Source of the DNA: Flavobacteriales bacterium
GTDB lineage: Bacteria; Bacteroidota; Bacteroidia; Flavobacteriales; Flavobacteriaceae
Direction of reading: 5' to 3'
DNA length: 64,000 nucleotides
NCBI GenBank assembly: GCA_013205245.1
Contig: JABMNH010000023.1
Span: forward strand, 878 to 64,877
Both the position numbers and the translations under genes were made by a program. The notes under the pieces are model-generated. The model searched no databases and was not told the DNA's origin. It was given only the letters and a program-made list of their open reading frames with translations. Below, piece after piece: positions 22,097 to 31,826 of the stretch (the first letter of the stretch is position 1; each line of letters begins with the position of its first letter).

Positions 22097-22185
22097 CATT
22101 TTACTAATATTCTTAAAGGAAAATTATCACTAAATATTTTTTCATTTTCTTTAGATTCACTACCTAATTAATATTATTTTTGCGA

Positions 22186-23718
22186 ATGCAACAACACCAA
22201 GTACTTATCCTAGATTTCGGTTCGCAGTACACACAGCTTATAGCGAGACGTGTGCGAGAACTCAATATTTTTTGCGAGATTTTTCCGTACAACGCCATCC
22301 CAAAAGATTTATCACTTTTTAAAGCTGTTATTTTATCGGGCAGTCCGTATTCTGTGCATCATAAAGATGCGCCTAATCCCGATTTGTCCAATATTAAAGG
22401 GAAAATCCCTGTATTGGCCGTTTGTTATGGTGCGCAATTTTTAGCATTGCAGAGTGGCGGTATTGTAACACCATCAGAAGTTAGGGAATATGGGCGTGCG
22501 CATTTAACGCATGTTGACACAAATACGCCTTTGTTTAAGGATATCCCTTTACAATCGCAAGTGTGGATGAGTCACGGAGATACCATCGCTAAATTACCTG
22601 CAAATTTTAAAAATATTGCCAGTACAGAAGATGTAGAAAATGCTGCTTTTTGTATTGAAGACGAGCTGACTTATGCCATTCAGTTTCATCCAGAAGTGTA
22701 TCACAGCACCGATGGCATCATCCTGTTAAAGAACTTTTTAGTAAACATTGCAGGCGTAGAGCAAAATTGGACATCGGATGCTTTTGTAGAAACCACCGTG
22801 GCTTCTTTAAAGGCAGAAGTGCAAAATGACAAAGTGGTTTTAGGTTTGTCTGGTGGCGTAGATTCTACCGTTGCGGGTGTGCTTTTGCATAAAGCCATCG
22901 GCAAAAACTTGTACTGTATTTTTGTAAATAACGGTTTGTTGCGCAAAAACGAATTCGAAAATGTGCTCACGCAATACAAAGGCATGGGCTTAAATATAAA
23001 GGGTGTCGATGCTTCGGCACGTTTCTTGGATGCCCTCAAAGGTGTTGAAGATCCCGAAACGAAACGAAAAATTATTGGCAAAGTTTTTATTGATGTTTTT
23101 GATGATGAGGCCAAGCGCATTACCGATGTAAGTTGGTTAGCCCAAGGCACTATTTATCCAGATGTCATTGAATCGATTTCGGTAAAAGGGCCATCGGCAA
23201 CCATTAAATCGCATCATAATGTGGGCGGTTTACCCGATTTTATGAAACTTAAAATAGTAGAACCTTTACGGATGTTGTTTAAAGACGAAGTGAGACGTGT
23301 GGGAAAATCGATGGGTATTGATGCCGAATTATTAGGCCGTCATCCGTTTCCGGGACCTGGATTAGCGATCAGAATTTTAGGCGATATTTCTGCCGAAAAA
23401 GTTGCAATGCTTCAAGAAGTTGATGCTATTTTTATTGACGGATTAAAATCGTGGGGATTGTATGATAAAGTTTGGCAAGCGGGTGCTATTTTATTGCCCG
23501 TAAATTCGGTTGGTGTTATGGGCGATGAGCGTACTTACGAAAAAGTAGTGGCTTTACGTGCTGTATCATCTACAGATGCCATGACAGCAGATTGGGTAGA
23601 TTTGCCTTATAAATTTTTGCAAAATATCTCTAACAAGATAATAAATAATGTAAAAGGCGTTAATAGAGTGGTGTACGACATCAGTTCAAAACCGCCAGCA
23701 ACAATAGAATGGGAGTAA
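22186..23718 (+). CDS. guaA: GMP synthase (glutamine-hydrolysing)
   Basis: [29 protein letters not shown] and the C-terminal PPATIEWE end. ATG 22186 is preferred over the tracked TTG 22180. Confidence 0.95.
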   Translation: MQQHQVLILDFGSQYTQLIARRVRELNIFCEIFPYNAIPKDLSLFKAVILSGSPYSVHHKDAPNPDLSNIKGKIPVLAVCYGAQFLALQSGGIVTPSEVREYGRAHLTHVDTNTPLFKDIPLQSQVWMSHGDTIAKLPANFKNIASTEDVENAAFCIEDELTYAIQFHPEVYHSTDGIILLKNFLVNIAGVEQNWTSDAFVETTVASLKAEVQNDKVVLGLSGGVDSTVAGVLLHKAIGKNLYCIFVNNGLLRKNEFENVLTQYKGMGLNIKGVDASARFLDALKGVEDPETKRKIIGKVFIDVFDDEAKRITDVSWLAQGTIYPDVIESISVKGPSATIKSHHNVGGLPDFMKLKIVEPLRMLFKDEVRRVGKSMGIDAELLGRHPFPGPGLAIRILGDISAEKVAMLQEVDAIFIDGLKSWGLYDKVWQAGAILLPVNSVGVMGDERTYEKVVALRAVSSTDAMTADWVDLPYKFLQNISNKIINNVKGVNRVVYDISSKPPATIEWE

Positions 23719-23729
23719 ATTTTAATTTT

Positions 23730-25496
23730 ATGAAGTATCAAAAAGTCTTGTTCTTTTTTGCACTCCTTTGTGGACTTAATTTTGCTTGGGCACAAGATTA
23801 TAAAAGTCTTTTAAAAGATTCAATTGGTGGCGATGGTTATGTGTATCATACCCTTACGGCTAAAGAAGATGTGAGAAGTATAAGTGATTTATACAAAGTT
23901 TCTAGATTTCAGGTAAGGCGTTTAAATCCCATTTTAAGACGTGGTTTTAAAGAAGGTATTGTCATTAAATTGCCCGCTAATGCGCAAATAATAGCTTTAA
24001 TAAATCAGTATAAAGCCACAAAAATTAAAAACAAGTACGTCGTTCAGCATCAAGACACCAAATTTGGTATTTCTAAAAGATACGGCATTACCATACAAGA
24101 TTTAGAGCGGTTAAATCCTAAAATCCGCCAAGGTTTAAATGAAGGCGATACGCTTTTTGTGCCCAAAAGTAAGGTTACAGATTTGTTAAAAGAAACCGAT
24201 GATTTTTTGATTCATTTAGTCATTAAAGGAAATACTTTTTACAGTTTAATTAAGGAGTATAATGTTACAAAAGAAGAATTGTTGGTTTTAAATCCGCTTT
24301 TAAGCGAAGGTTTAAAAGTAGGTATGTTTTTAAGAATTCCTAAAATAAAGGCGTCAAGTAGTCCAAGAAGTTTGACTGTTTTTAAAGACAGTATTGAACC
24401 CAACACAACTTTGAATGTGCTCTTTTTATTGCCTTTTAAAACCAGTATTGACAGCCTGCCTTTTGATGATAGAAGCACATCGAGTAAACTTAGAAATATT
24501 GTTACAGAGCTTTATTTTGGTGCCGAAAAAGCCTTAGATTCTCTAAGCAAACAAGGGGTTACAATTCATGCCGAAGCTTATGATACAGAAAATAATATAG
24601 ATACCATTTCTAAATTATTCGATACCCATGATTTTAGTCAGTTCGATTTGGTAGTAGGGCCTTTGTTTACAAAAAACATAAGTTATACCCAGCAGAAAAT
24701 GGCAGAAACAGATGCTTATATTTTATCGCCTTTTTCAACGAATGCTGTTGCAACGAATTACGGAAAAGCCAATATAGTACAGCTAGCGCCATTACAATCT
24801 GAACTCACAAAAAAAACAATCAATTATATTACTGATAATTATACAAACGAAAAGTTGATAATTATTACCGATACAATGCCCAGTTCGCAAAAGAGATTAG
24901 ATGCTACTTTGCTTAGTTTTAAGCGCAACGATTCTATTAATTTGGACAGTATTGTTATTGTAAGACCAGATTTTGGTTATATTAATAAAGATACCTTAGA
25001 GACAAAAATAGATACCATTAGCAAACGTAAAAATTGGGTTGTTACGCTTACAACAGATAATGTTTTGGTAGAAGGTGTTATCAATACTTTAGGTGTTTTA
25101 CCTAGAGAATCTTATGCTATTACCATGTTTTCTATTGGTAAAGACAAATCATTAGACAATTTAAACAACAATTATTTAGCGCGCTTAAATTTCTTTTACC
25201 CTGCGCCTAATTATACAGATTACGAAAGCGAAGAGATAAAGCAATTCGAAAAATCATTTGAAAAGCAATACAATAATTTACCATCTCAAAATGCAATTAT
25301 AGGTTTTGATATGGTTTACGATGTCTCGGCCAGATTAGTCAGACAGCAACATTTGATAGATAACGATGCTTTTGGTGTGTCGAGAAGAACAGCCTTTATG
25401 TTCGATTTTAACAAGCAATATGCTTCAAACAAAATTTTAAATAAAGGCGTTTTTCTTTTAAAATACGAAGGGCTTTCTATTAAACTAGTGGAGTGA
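23730..25496 (+). CDS. Secreted LysM x3 protein fused to a type-1 periplasmic-binding-protein-like domain
   Basis: Signal peptide MKYQKVLFFFALLCGLNFAWAQ. Three LysM repeats (YHTLTAKEDVRSISDLY..., YVVQHQDTKFGISKRY..., HLVIKGNTFYSLIKEY...) followed by an alpha/beta region of about 370 aa. The start at 23730 lies just 3' of the guaA stop (23716-23718). Confidence 0.8.
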   Translation: MKYQKVLFFFALLCGLNFAWAQDYKSLLKDSIGGDGYVYHTLTAKEDVRSISDLYKVSRFQVRRLNPILRRGFKEGIVIKLPANAQIIALINQYKATKIKNKYVVQHQDTKFGISKRYGITIQDLERLNPKIRQGLNEGDTLFVPKSKVTDLLKETDDFLIHLVIKGNTFYSLIKEYNVTKEELLVLNPLLSEGLKVGMFLRIPKIKASSSPRSLTVFKDSIEPNTTLNVLFLLPFKTSIDSLPFDDRSTSSKLRNIVTELYFGAEKALDSLSKQGVTIHAEAYDTENNIDTISKLFDTHDFSQFDLVVGPLFTKNISYTQQKMAETDAYILSPFSTNAVATNYGKANIVQLAPLQSELTKKTINYITDNYTNEKLIIITDTMPSSQKRLDATLLSFKRNDSINLDSIVIVRPDFGYINKDTLETKIDTISKRKNWVVTLTTDNVLVEGVINTLGVLPRESYAITMFSIGKDKSLDNLNNNYLARLNFFYPAPNYTDYESEEIKQFEKSFEKQYNNLPSQNAIIGFDMVYDVSARLVRQQHLIDNDAFGVSRRTAFMFDFNKQYASNKILNKGVFLLKYEGLSIKLVE

Positions 25497-25534
25497 GATT
25501 AAAAAAGGCACTTAAGATTTTAAAAATAAGACAT

Positions 25535-25567
25535 AAAAAAACCACGCCGTTTGGCGTGGTTTTTTTT
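25535..25567. terminator. Bidirectional Rho-independent terminator between convergent genes
   Basis: A7-CCACGCC-GTTT-GGCGTGG-T7. A perfect GC-rich stem with an A run on one side and a T run on the other. Confidence 0.8.
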
Positions 25568-25584
25568 ATTTTGTAAGGCTTGTT

Positions 25585-26844
25585 TTATTGCATCAACAAC
25601 ATCACAGGATTCTCAATTAACTGTTTAAACGTTTGTAAGAATTGAGCGCCAGTAGCACCATCAACCGTTCTATGATCGCAGGCTAAAGTCACTTTCATTA
25701 CGTTTCCTACAACGATGTTGTTGTTTTTTACAACAGGTTGTTGCGTAATAGTTCCTACAGATAAAATAGCCGAATTTGGCGCATTTATAATCGATGTAAA
25801 ATCTTCTATACCAAACATCCCTAGATTAGAAACAGTAAATGTACTGCCTTGCATTTCTTGAGGTTGAATTTTTTTAGATCTTGCTTTGCCAGCCAATTCT
25901 TTAACTTCGGCACCAATTTGAGGCATTGTTTTTTGATCGGCAAATTTAACAACGGGCACAACCAAACCATCTTCTACAGCCACAGCCACACCAATATGAA
26001 TATGGTTATTGATTATCATACTATCGTCGGTCCATTGCGAATTGACTTGTTTATGTGAGCGTAAAGCCACAGCTACGGCTTTTACCACCAAATCGTTAAA
26101 CGAAATTTTGGTATCTGGCATGGCATTTACTTGCGTTCTAAAAGCGATGGCATTATCCATATCTAAACTGATGCTTAGATAGTAATGCGGAGCTGTAAAT
26201 TTAGAAGCTCCCAAACTTCTGGCAATGGCTTTGCGCATTTGAGAGTTTTTAAGGGCTTCAAAACTTTCTGTAGCCGAGGCCACAAAAGGCGCAGCACTGG
26301 TAGTACTTCCTTTATAATTTTCGATGTCACTTTTAACAATACGCCCGTTTTCGCCACTTCCCGCAACATTTTGAATGTCAATACCTTTTTCTTCGGCTAA
26401 TTTTTTAGCTAAAGGCGATGCAAATACACGTTCGTTATTTCCTTTTTTAACTGGAGCAGAAGCAACAGGTGCCTGTACAGTTTGAACTGCCACTGGTTGA
26501 GGCGTAGTTGGTTTTACAGTTTCAACTACTTTTGTTTCAACTTTGGCAGGTGTTTCTAGAGCAATGGTTTTATTGTGATCTTTTAATAAGGCTTCAACAT
26601 CATCATCTTTATCGCCAATAATGGCTAAAAGAGCATCTACAGGAGCGCCATCACCTTCTTTAATACCTATATAAAGTAAAGTACCTTCGTAAAAAGATTC
26701 AAACTCCATAGTAGCTTTATCTGTTTCTATATCAGCTAAAATATCTCCTTCGGTTACCGTATCACCTACTTTTTTATGCCATACAGCCACAACACCTTCG
26801 GTCATTGTATCACTTAAACGGGGCATGGTTATTATTTCTGCCAT
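25585..26844 (-). CDS. pdhC: Dihydrolipoamide acetyltransferase (E2) of the pyruvate dehydrogenase complex
   Basis: N-terminal lipoyl domain (IETDKATMEFES), E3-binding segment (ASPLAKKLAEEKGIDI) and catalytic DHRTVDGA motif. Confidence 0.9.
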   Translation of the reverse strand: MAEIITMPRLSDTMTEGVVAVWHKKVGDTVTEGDILADIETDKATMEFESFYEGTLLYIGIKEGDGAPVDALLAIIGDKDDDVEALLKDHNKTIALETPAKVETKVVETVKPTTPQPVAVQTVQAPVASAPVKKGNNERVFASPLAKKLAEEKGIDIQNVAGSGENGRIVKSDIENYKGSTTSAAPFVASATESFEALKNSQMRKAIARSLGASKFTAPHYYLSISLDMDNAIAFRTQVNAMPDTKISFNDLVVKAVAVALRSHKQVNSQWTDDSMIINNHIHIGVAVAVEDGLVVPVVKFADQKTMPQIGAEVKELAGKARSKKIQPQEMQGSTFTVSNLGMFGIEDFTSIINAPNSAILSVGTITQQPVVKNNNIVVGNVMKVTLACDHRTVDGATGAQFLQTFKQLIENPVMLLMQ

Positions 26845-26848
26845 AATA

Positions 26849-27847
26849 TTATAGTCTATGTTTTATAAAAGGATAATTTTCTTGTTCGTACACCACATTA
26901 TACATTAAATCTTTATCAGGATAAGCCGATTCTTCTGCGAATTTTTCGCAAGCCAATACTTCTTCTTTAACAGCTTGGTTTATGGCTTTTATTTCGTCTT
27001 CTGTAGCGTATTTTTTTGTTTGAATAACTTCTAAAACTTGTTTAATAGGATCAATCATTTTGTATTCGGCTACTTCGTCTTTTGTACGGTAATGTTGGGC
27101 ATCACTCATTGAATGACCACGATACCTGTAGGTTTTCATTTCTAAAAACACAGGACCTTTACCACTACGGGCATGTTCTGCAGCTTCATAAATAGCTTCG
27201 GCTACCTTAACGGGATTCATACCGTCAACGGCTTTACTTGGCATTTCGTAAGCCAAACCTAATTTCCAAATTTCTTCGTGATTGGCCGTTCTAGCTACTG
27301 ATGTTCCCATAGCGTAACCATTATTTTCAACAATAAAAACAACCGGAAGTTTCCAATTCATCGCCATGTTAAAAGTTTCGTGTAAAACACCTTGACGTGC
27401 AGCACCATCGCCAAAAAAGGTAAGGGTTACCGCTTTTCTGTCGAAATATTTATCCGCGAAAGCGATACCAGCACCTAAAGGAATTTGACCACCAACAATA
27501 CCATGACCGCCATAAAAACCTTTTTCTTTAGAAAAAATGTGCATTGATCCTCCCAAACCTTGAGAAGTTCCTGTTCTTTTGCCATACAATTCGGCCATCA
27601 CACGTTTAGGATCTACGCCCATGCCAATAGGTTGCACGTGGTTGCGATAGGCCGTAATCATTTTGTCTTTGCTGAGATCTAAAGCGTGAAGGGCACCAGC
27701 CAAAACAGCTTCTTGCCCGTTATATAAATGTAAAAAACCGCGTACTTTTTGTTGGATGTAAACAGCAGCTAATTTATCTTCGAACTTGCGCCAAAACAAC
27801 ATGTCTTTATACCAATCTAAGTAGGTTTTTTTTGTAATCTTCTTCAT
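26849..27847 (-). CDS. pdhA: Pyruvate dehydrogenase E1 component alpha subunit
   Basis: ThDP-binding FFGDGAARQG...ENNGYAMGT and the YRYRGHSMSD phosphorylation-loop motif. Confidence 0.9.
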   Translation of the reverse strand: MKKITKKTYLDWYKDMLFWRKFEDKLAAVYIQQKVRGFLHLYNGQEAVLAGALHALDLSKDKMITAYRNHVQPIGMGVDPKRVMAELYGKRTGTSQGLGGSMHIFSKEKGFYGGHGIVGGQIPLGAGIAFADKYFDRKAVTLTFFGDGAARQGVLHETFNMAMNWKLPVVFIVENNGYAMGTSVARTANHEEIWKLGLAYEMPSKAVDGMNPVKVAEAIYEAAEHARSGKGPVFLEMKTYRYRGHSMSDAQHYRTKDEVAEYKMIDPIKQVLEVIQTKKYATEDEIKAINQAVKEEVLACEKFAEESAYPDKDLMYNVVYEQENYPFIKHRL

Positions 27848-27878
27848 AATATCTTTAAAATTGAAAAGAGTTAAGTCG

Positions 27879-27886
27879 CAAAAATA
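27879..27886 (-). promoter_or_regulatory. Candidate -7 box (TATTTTTG on minus strand) upstream of pdhA
   Basis: The reverse complement of CAAAAATA reads TATTTTTG, 31 nt upstream of the pdhA ATG. I saw no clear -33 TTG. Confidence 0.25.
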
Positions 27887-27985
27887 CTATTTTAATTGCA
27901 GATGATATAATTAGATTTTAATTTTATACTAAAACGAAATAGATTAATTAAAAAGTTGTTTTTACAATTGTTTTGTGACTTAATA

Positions 27986-30835
27986 CTAATCCATATAATC
28001 TTCTATAGGATTACAAGAACAAATCAAATTTCTATCGCCTAAAGCGTTGTCTACACGACCTACACTCGGCCAGAATTTATTTACTTTGATGTATTCTAAA
28101 GGAAAAGCAGCCTCTTGTCTTTTGTAACTGTAAGGCCAATTGTCTGATGTAACAACAGCCTCGGTATGTGGTGCGTTTTTTAGGACAGAATCTTTATCTT
28201 TATTATAAGCTAAAATTTCTTGCTTGATACATTTTAAAGCCGAAATAAATTTATCTAATTCAGCTTTGTTTTCACTTTCGGTTGGTTCAACCATTAAAGT
28301 ATCGTGAACAGGGAAAGAAACCGTAGGGGCGTGATAGCCATAATCCATTAATCGTTTAGAAATATCGGTAACATCAATGCCATATTGGTGTTTTATATCT
28401 CTAAAATCGAGAATCATTTCGTGACCTACAAAGCCGTTCTCGCCAGAATACAATGTTTGATAATCATCTTTTAAAGCAGCTTTTAAATAATTGGCATTTA
28501 AAATGGCGTAACAAGTTGCCAATTTCAAGCCTTTACTGCCTAACATTTTGATGTATGAATACGCAATTAAATCGACCAAAGCAGAACCCCAAGGCGCTGC
28601 AGAAATCCCCGAAATAGCATTTTTGCCTCCTGTTGAAATTACCGCGTTGGTAGGTAAAAAAGTGGCTAAATGTTTAACAACACAAATGGGGCCAACACCT
28701 GGGCCACCACCACCATGCGGAATGGCAAAAGTTTTATGAAGATTCAAATGGCAAACATCTGCACCAATGGTAGCTGGATTTGTCAGCCCAACTTGGGCAT
28801 TCATATTGGCGCCATCCATATAAACTTGACCGCCATTATTGTGAATAATCTGTGTAATTTCTGTAATAGCCGTTTCAAAAACGCCGTGTGTAGATGGATA
28901 TGTAACCATTAAAGCGGCTAAATTATCTTTATAAAGCAGGGCTTTTTCTCTGATATCTTCAACATCAATATTACCTTCGGGTGTTGTTTTTGTAACCACT
29001 ACTTGCATACCGGCCATAACGGCTGATGCCGGATTTGTGCCGTGTGCCGATGAAGGAATTAAAGCGATATTTCTATGCGCATCACCTCTTGAATGGTGAT
29101 AGGCACGTATTGTCATTAGTCCCGCATATTCGCCTTGCGCACCAGAATTTGGCTGTAAAGAAGTGGCATAAAATCCGGTAATAATATTTAATGAATGTTC
29201 TAAATCCTTGAGCATTTCTTGATAACCCTCGGCTTGATTTAAAGGTACAAACGGATGAATACTGTTCCAATTAGCAAAACTTAAGGGCAACATTTCTGTA
29301 GCTGCATTTAGTTTCATGGTGCAAGAACCTAAAGAAATCATACTGTGGGTTAACGAAATATCTTTGCGTTCCAATCTTTTTATATAACGCATCATTTCTG
29401 TTTCTGAATGGTATTTCTCAAAAACTTCATGTGTTAAGAAATCAGAAGTTCTAACCAATTCTTTTGGTATTGATGATGTTTCTACATAATCGGTGATGCT
29501 TGGCGCTGATGTACCTTCGGCTTCAGCCAAAATAGCCACAATTTGTTTAAGGTCTTCTAAAGATGAGGTTTCATTTAAAGAAATACCAATGGTGGTTTTA
29601 TCGATATATAAAAAGTTGATTTCATCAACTTCAGCTAAGGTTTTAATTTTATCGGCATCAGAAACTTTTATTTGTAATGTGTCAAATACTGCAGTATTTA
29701 TTTGTACAAGACCCATTTTTAAAACGGCACCATTTAAAATATTGGTAAGGGTATGGATTTTTTTAGCAATACTTTTTAATCCTTCAGAGCCGTGATAAAC
29801 ACCGTACATTCCTGCCATAACAGCCAATAAAACTTGGGCTGTACAAATATTTGACGTGGCTTTTTCACGTTTAATATGTTGCTCTCTGGTTTGTAAAGCC
29901 ATGCGTAAAGCACGGTTGCCATGCGCATCTTTCGAAACACCAATTATCCTACCAGGAATTTGACGTTTATAAGTATCTGATGTTGCAAAATAGCCAGCGT
30001 GAGGTCCGCCATAACCTATAGGGATGCCAAAACGTTGTGTGGTACCAACAGCCACATCTGCCCCTAATTCGGCAGGCGATTTTAGTAAAACTAGACTCAT
30101 TAAATCGGCAGCCACAACAACTTTTATATCTTTTTGATGTGCTGTTTCTATAAAGCTCTCATAATTATTTACGTGCCCGTATTTACCAGGATATTGTACA
30201 ATTGCGCCATACATTTTATCTGTTAATTCGACAGTTTCCGAATTGCCATAAACCAATTCAATGCCCAAAGGGGCAGAACGTGTTTCTAAAACAGATTTGG
30301 TTTGAGGCAACACATTATCCGAAACAAAAAACTGATTGGAATTTTCATTTTTCTGAGCACGGCTACGGGCATTAAATAACATAATCATGGCTTCGGCAGC
30401 AGCCGTAGCTTCGTCTAATAAAGACGAATTTGCCAAGGTAAATCCGGTTAAATCGCAGACCATGGTTTGGTAATTTAGCAAGGCTTCTAAACGTCCTTGA
30501 GAAATTTCGGCTTGGTAAGGTGTGTAAGAAGTATACCAACTTGGGTTTTCGAAAATATTACGTTGTATAACAGCAGGTAAAAGTGTTGGGTGGTAACCCA
30601 AACCAATATAGGTTTTAAATAATTTATTTTTATTTCCCAGATGCTGAATGTAATTTGTGAACTCATATTCAGACATGGCTTCTGGCAAGTCTAAATCTTG
30701 TTGTAAGCGGATGTTTTTTGGAATGGTTTTATTTATTAATGCGTCTAAAGAACTCACACCGATAGTGGTAAGCATATCCTTTAATTCAGAGGTATTTGGG
30801 CCGATATGTCTTGATGCGAAAGCCGAAATTTCCAT
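27986..30835 (-). CDS. gcvP: Glycine dehydrogenase (decarboxylating), glycine cleavage P protein
   Basis: 949 aa single-chain P protein. Motifs SYTPYQAEISQGRLEALLNYQT and the PLP-lysine region CHLNLHKTFAIPHGGGGPG. Confidence 0.96.
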   Translation of the reverse strand: MEISAFASRHIGPNTSELKDMLTTIGVSSLDALINKTIPKNIRLQQDLDLPEAMSEYEFTNYIQHLGNKNKLFKTYIGLGYHPTLLPAVIQRNIFENPSWYTSYTPYQAEISQGRLEALLNYQTMVCDLTGFTLANSSLLDEATAAAEAMIMLFNARSRAQKNENSNQFFVSDNVLPQTKSVLETRSAPLGIELVYGNSETVELTDKMYGAIVQYPGKYGHVNNYESFIETAHQKDIKVVVAADLMSLVLLKSPAELGADVAVGTTQRFGIPIGYGGPHAGYFATSDTYKRQIPGRIIGVSKDAHGNRALRMALQTREQHIKREKATSNICTAQVLLAVMAGMYGVYHGSEGLKSIAKKIHTLTNILNGAVLKMGLVQINTAVFDTLQIKVSDADKIKTLAEVDEINFLYIDKTTIGISLNETSSLEDLKQIVAILAEAEGTSAPSITDYVETSSIPKELVRTSDFLTHEVFEKYHSETEMMRYIKRLERKDISLTHSMISLGSCTMKLNAATEMLPLSFANWNSIHPFVPLNQAEGYQEMLKDLEHSLNIITGFYATSLQPNSGAQGEYAGLMTIRAYHHSRGDAHRNIALIPSSAHGTNPASAVMAGMQVVVTKTTPEGNIDVEDIREKALLYKDNLAALMVTYPSTHGVFETAITEITQIIHNNGGQVYMDGANMNAQVGLTNPATIGADVCHLNLHKTFAIPHGGGGPGVGPICVVKHLATFLPTNAVISTGGKNAISGISAAPWGSALVDLIAYSYIKMLGSKGLKLATCYAILNANYLKAALKDDYQTLYSGENGFVGHEMILDFRDIKHQYGIDVTDISKRLMDYGYHAPTVSFPVHDTLMVEPTESENKAELDKFISALKCIKQEILAYNKDKDSVLKNAPHTEAVVTSDNWPYSYKRQEAAFPLEYIKVNKFWPSVGRVDNALGDRNLICSCNPIEDYMD

Positions 30836-30946
30836 AAGATTTTAAGTTTCGAGATTGGTTGCCCAAAAGTACTTATTTTTTGATTAATAAAAAGCTTTAC
30901 AAATTTAAAAGAAGCTTGTTTAAAAGCGCCGATTTTAGCTGTATAT

Positions 30947-31768
30947 TTGTTTGTGCACACCTTAAAAAAAATATTTAATTTTTATATTTTCAGCAATATT
31001 CATGTGGCTATTGCCAGTTTTAGCTTAGCCAAATTAAGCTTGCTTTTTTTTGGTGTTCAAGATAATTTGGTGCCCTTATTTGTATTTTTTTCTACTGTAG
31101 TTTCTTATAATTACATCCGTTTAACAAGAATAAAACAAATAGATTCATGGTTTGCAAATTGGTTAAATAGCAATAAAACTTATTTAATTTTATTAAGTAT
31201 TTTTTCTTTTTTAGGATGTGGGTATTTGATGTTGCAATTGAAATTACAAGCCTTATTTATGTTGATTCCTTTTGCTTTTTTAACAGCAATTTATGTGATT
31301 CCTCCGTTTATTTCAAAAAAGATAAACCTTAGAAATCTGCCTGTTGTTAAAATTTTCATCATTGCTATTTCTTGGGCGGGCATTACAGTTTTATTTCCTC
31401 TTATACAATATGACTTATTTAATGATGAAATTCTATGGTTGTTCTTACGCCGCTTTTTATTTGTTGTGGTCTTAACATTGCCTTTTGATATTAGAGATGT
31501 GCTTTACGATTCAAAATCATTAATGACTTTACCAATTTGGTTGGGCGTTAAAAAAGCTAAAATACTTGGCTTGGTGTTTTTAATGCTATTTTTAGTAATT
31601 GAATTGTTTTCTATTAAGACAAACCATTTGTGGATTGACGTATTTATTACTGTTTGTTTGGGATCTTTATTGCTGAAATCATCCACTGATCAGCATAAAT
31701 ATTTCAGTGCCTTTTGGGTTGAAGGGGTTCCTATTTTATGGCTGGGACTCTACCTTATTTTTGCATAA
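30947..31768 (+). CDS. UbiA prenyltransferase-like polytopic membrane protein (first Asp-rich motif degenerate)
   Basis: About 8 TM segments. LPFDIRDVLYDSKSLMTLPIWLG matches the second UbiA D-x-x-D-x-x-x-D...TLP..LG motif. Only a TTG (30947) or GTG (30953) start is available. Confidence 0.55.
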   Translation: MFVHTLKKIFNFYIFSNIHVAIASFSLAKLSLLFFGVQDNLVPLFVFFSTVVSYNYIRLTRIKQIDSWFANWLNSNKTYLILLSIFSFLGCGYLMLQLKLQALFMLIPFAFLTAIYVIPPFISKKINLRNLPVVKIFIIAISWAGITVLFPLIQYDLFNDEILWLFLRRFLFVVVLTLPFDIRDVLYDSKSLMTLPIWLGVKKAKILGLVFLMLFLVIELFSIKTNHLWIDVFITVCLGSLLLKSSTDQHKYFSAFWVEGVPILWLGLYLIFA

Positions 31769-31772
31769 GCAC

Positions 31773-31800
31773 AAAAAAAAGCCACACTAAAAAGCGTGGC
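31773..31800. terminator. Terminator between convergent genes (stronger for the minus-strand gene)
   Basis: A8-GCCACAC-loop-GCGTGGC, a 7-bp stem with one mismatch. On the minus strand a T8 run follows. Confidence 0.55.
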
Positions 31801-31826
31801 TTATATATTTGTTAAATAAACTAGAA

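Noticed and set aside
22701-23150. 149-aa antisense ORF inside guaA. Similar antisense or alternate-frame ORFs occur at 22250-22444, 40693-41046, 43554-43931, 50476-50853, 28548-28912, 29493-29795, 3626-3916 and 14769-15035.
   Set aside because: Each lies wholly inside a gene with strong family motifs on the other strand or frame. The translated sequences are low-complexity with no recognisable motifs. Such ORFs are expected by chance opposite long coding regions.
30836-30946. Looked for a glycine riboswitch upstream of gcvP (minus strand)
   Set aside because: The 111-nt divergent region contains none of the conserved glycine-aptamer elements (GGAGAG, ACCGAAGGGGCAA, CUCAGGCAAAAGGAC-like). 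It is plain AT-rich promoter DNA.
30942-30949. TATATTTG -7-box match upstream of the UbiA-like membrane gene
   Set aside because: It overlaps the only plausible start codons (TTG 30947, GTG 30953) of the ORF. It cannot serve as that gene's promoter unless the mRNA is leaderless with a non-ATG start. It shows that such octamers occur by chance here.
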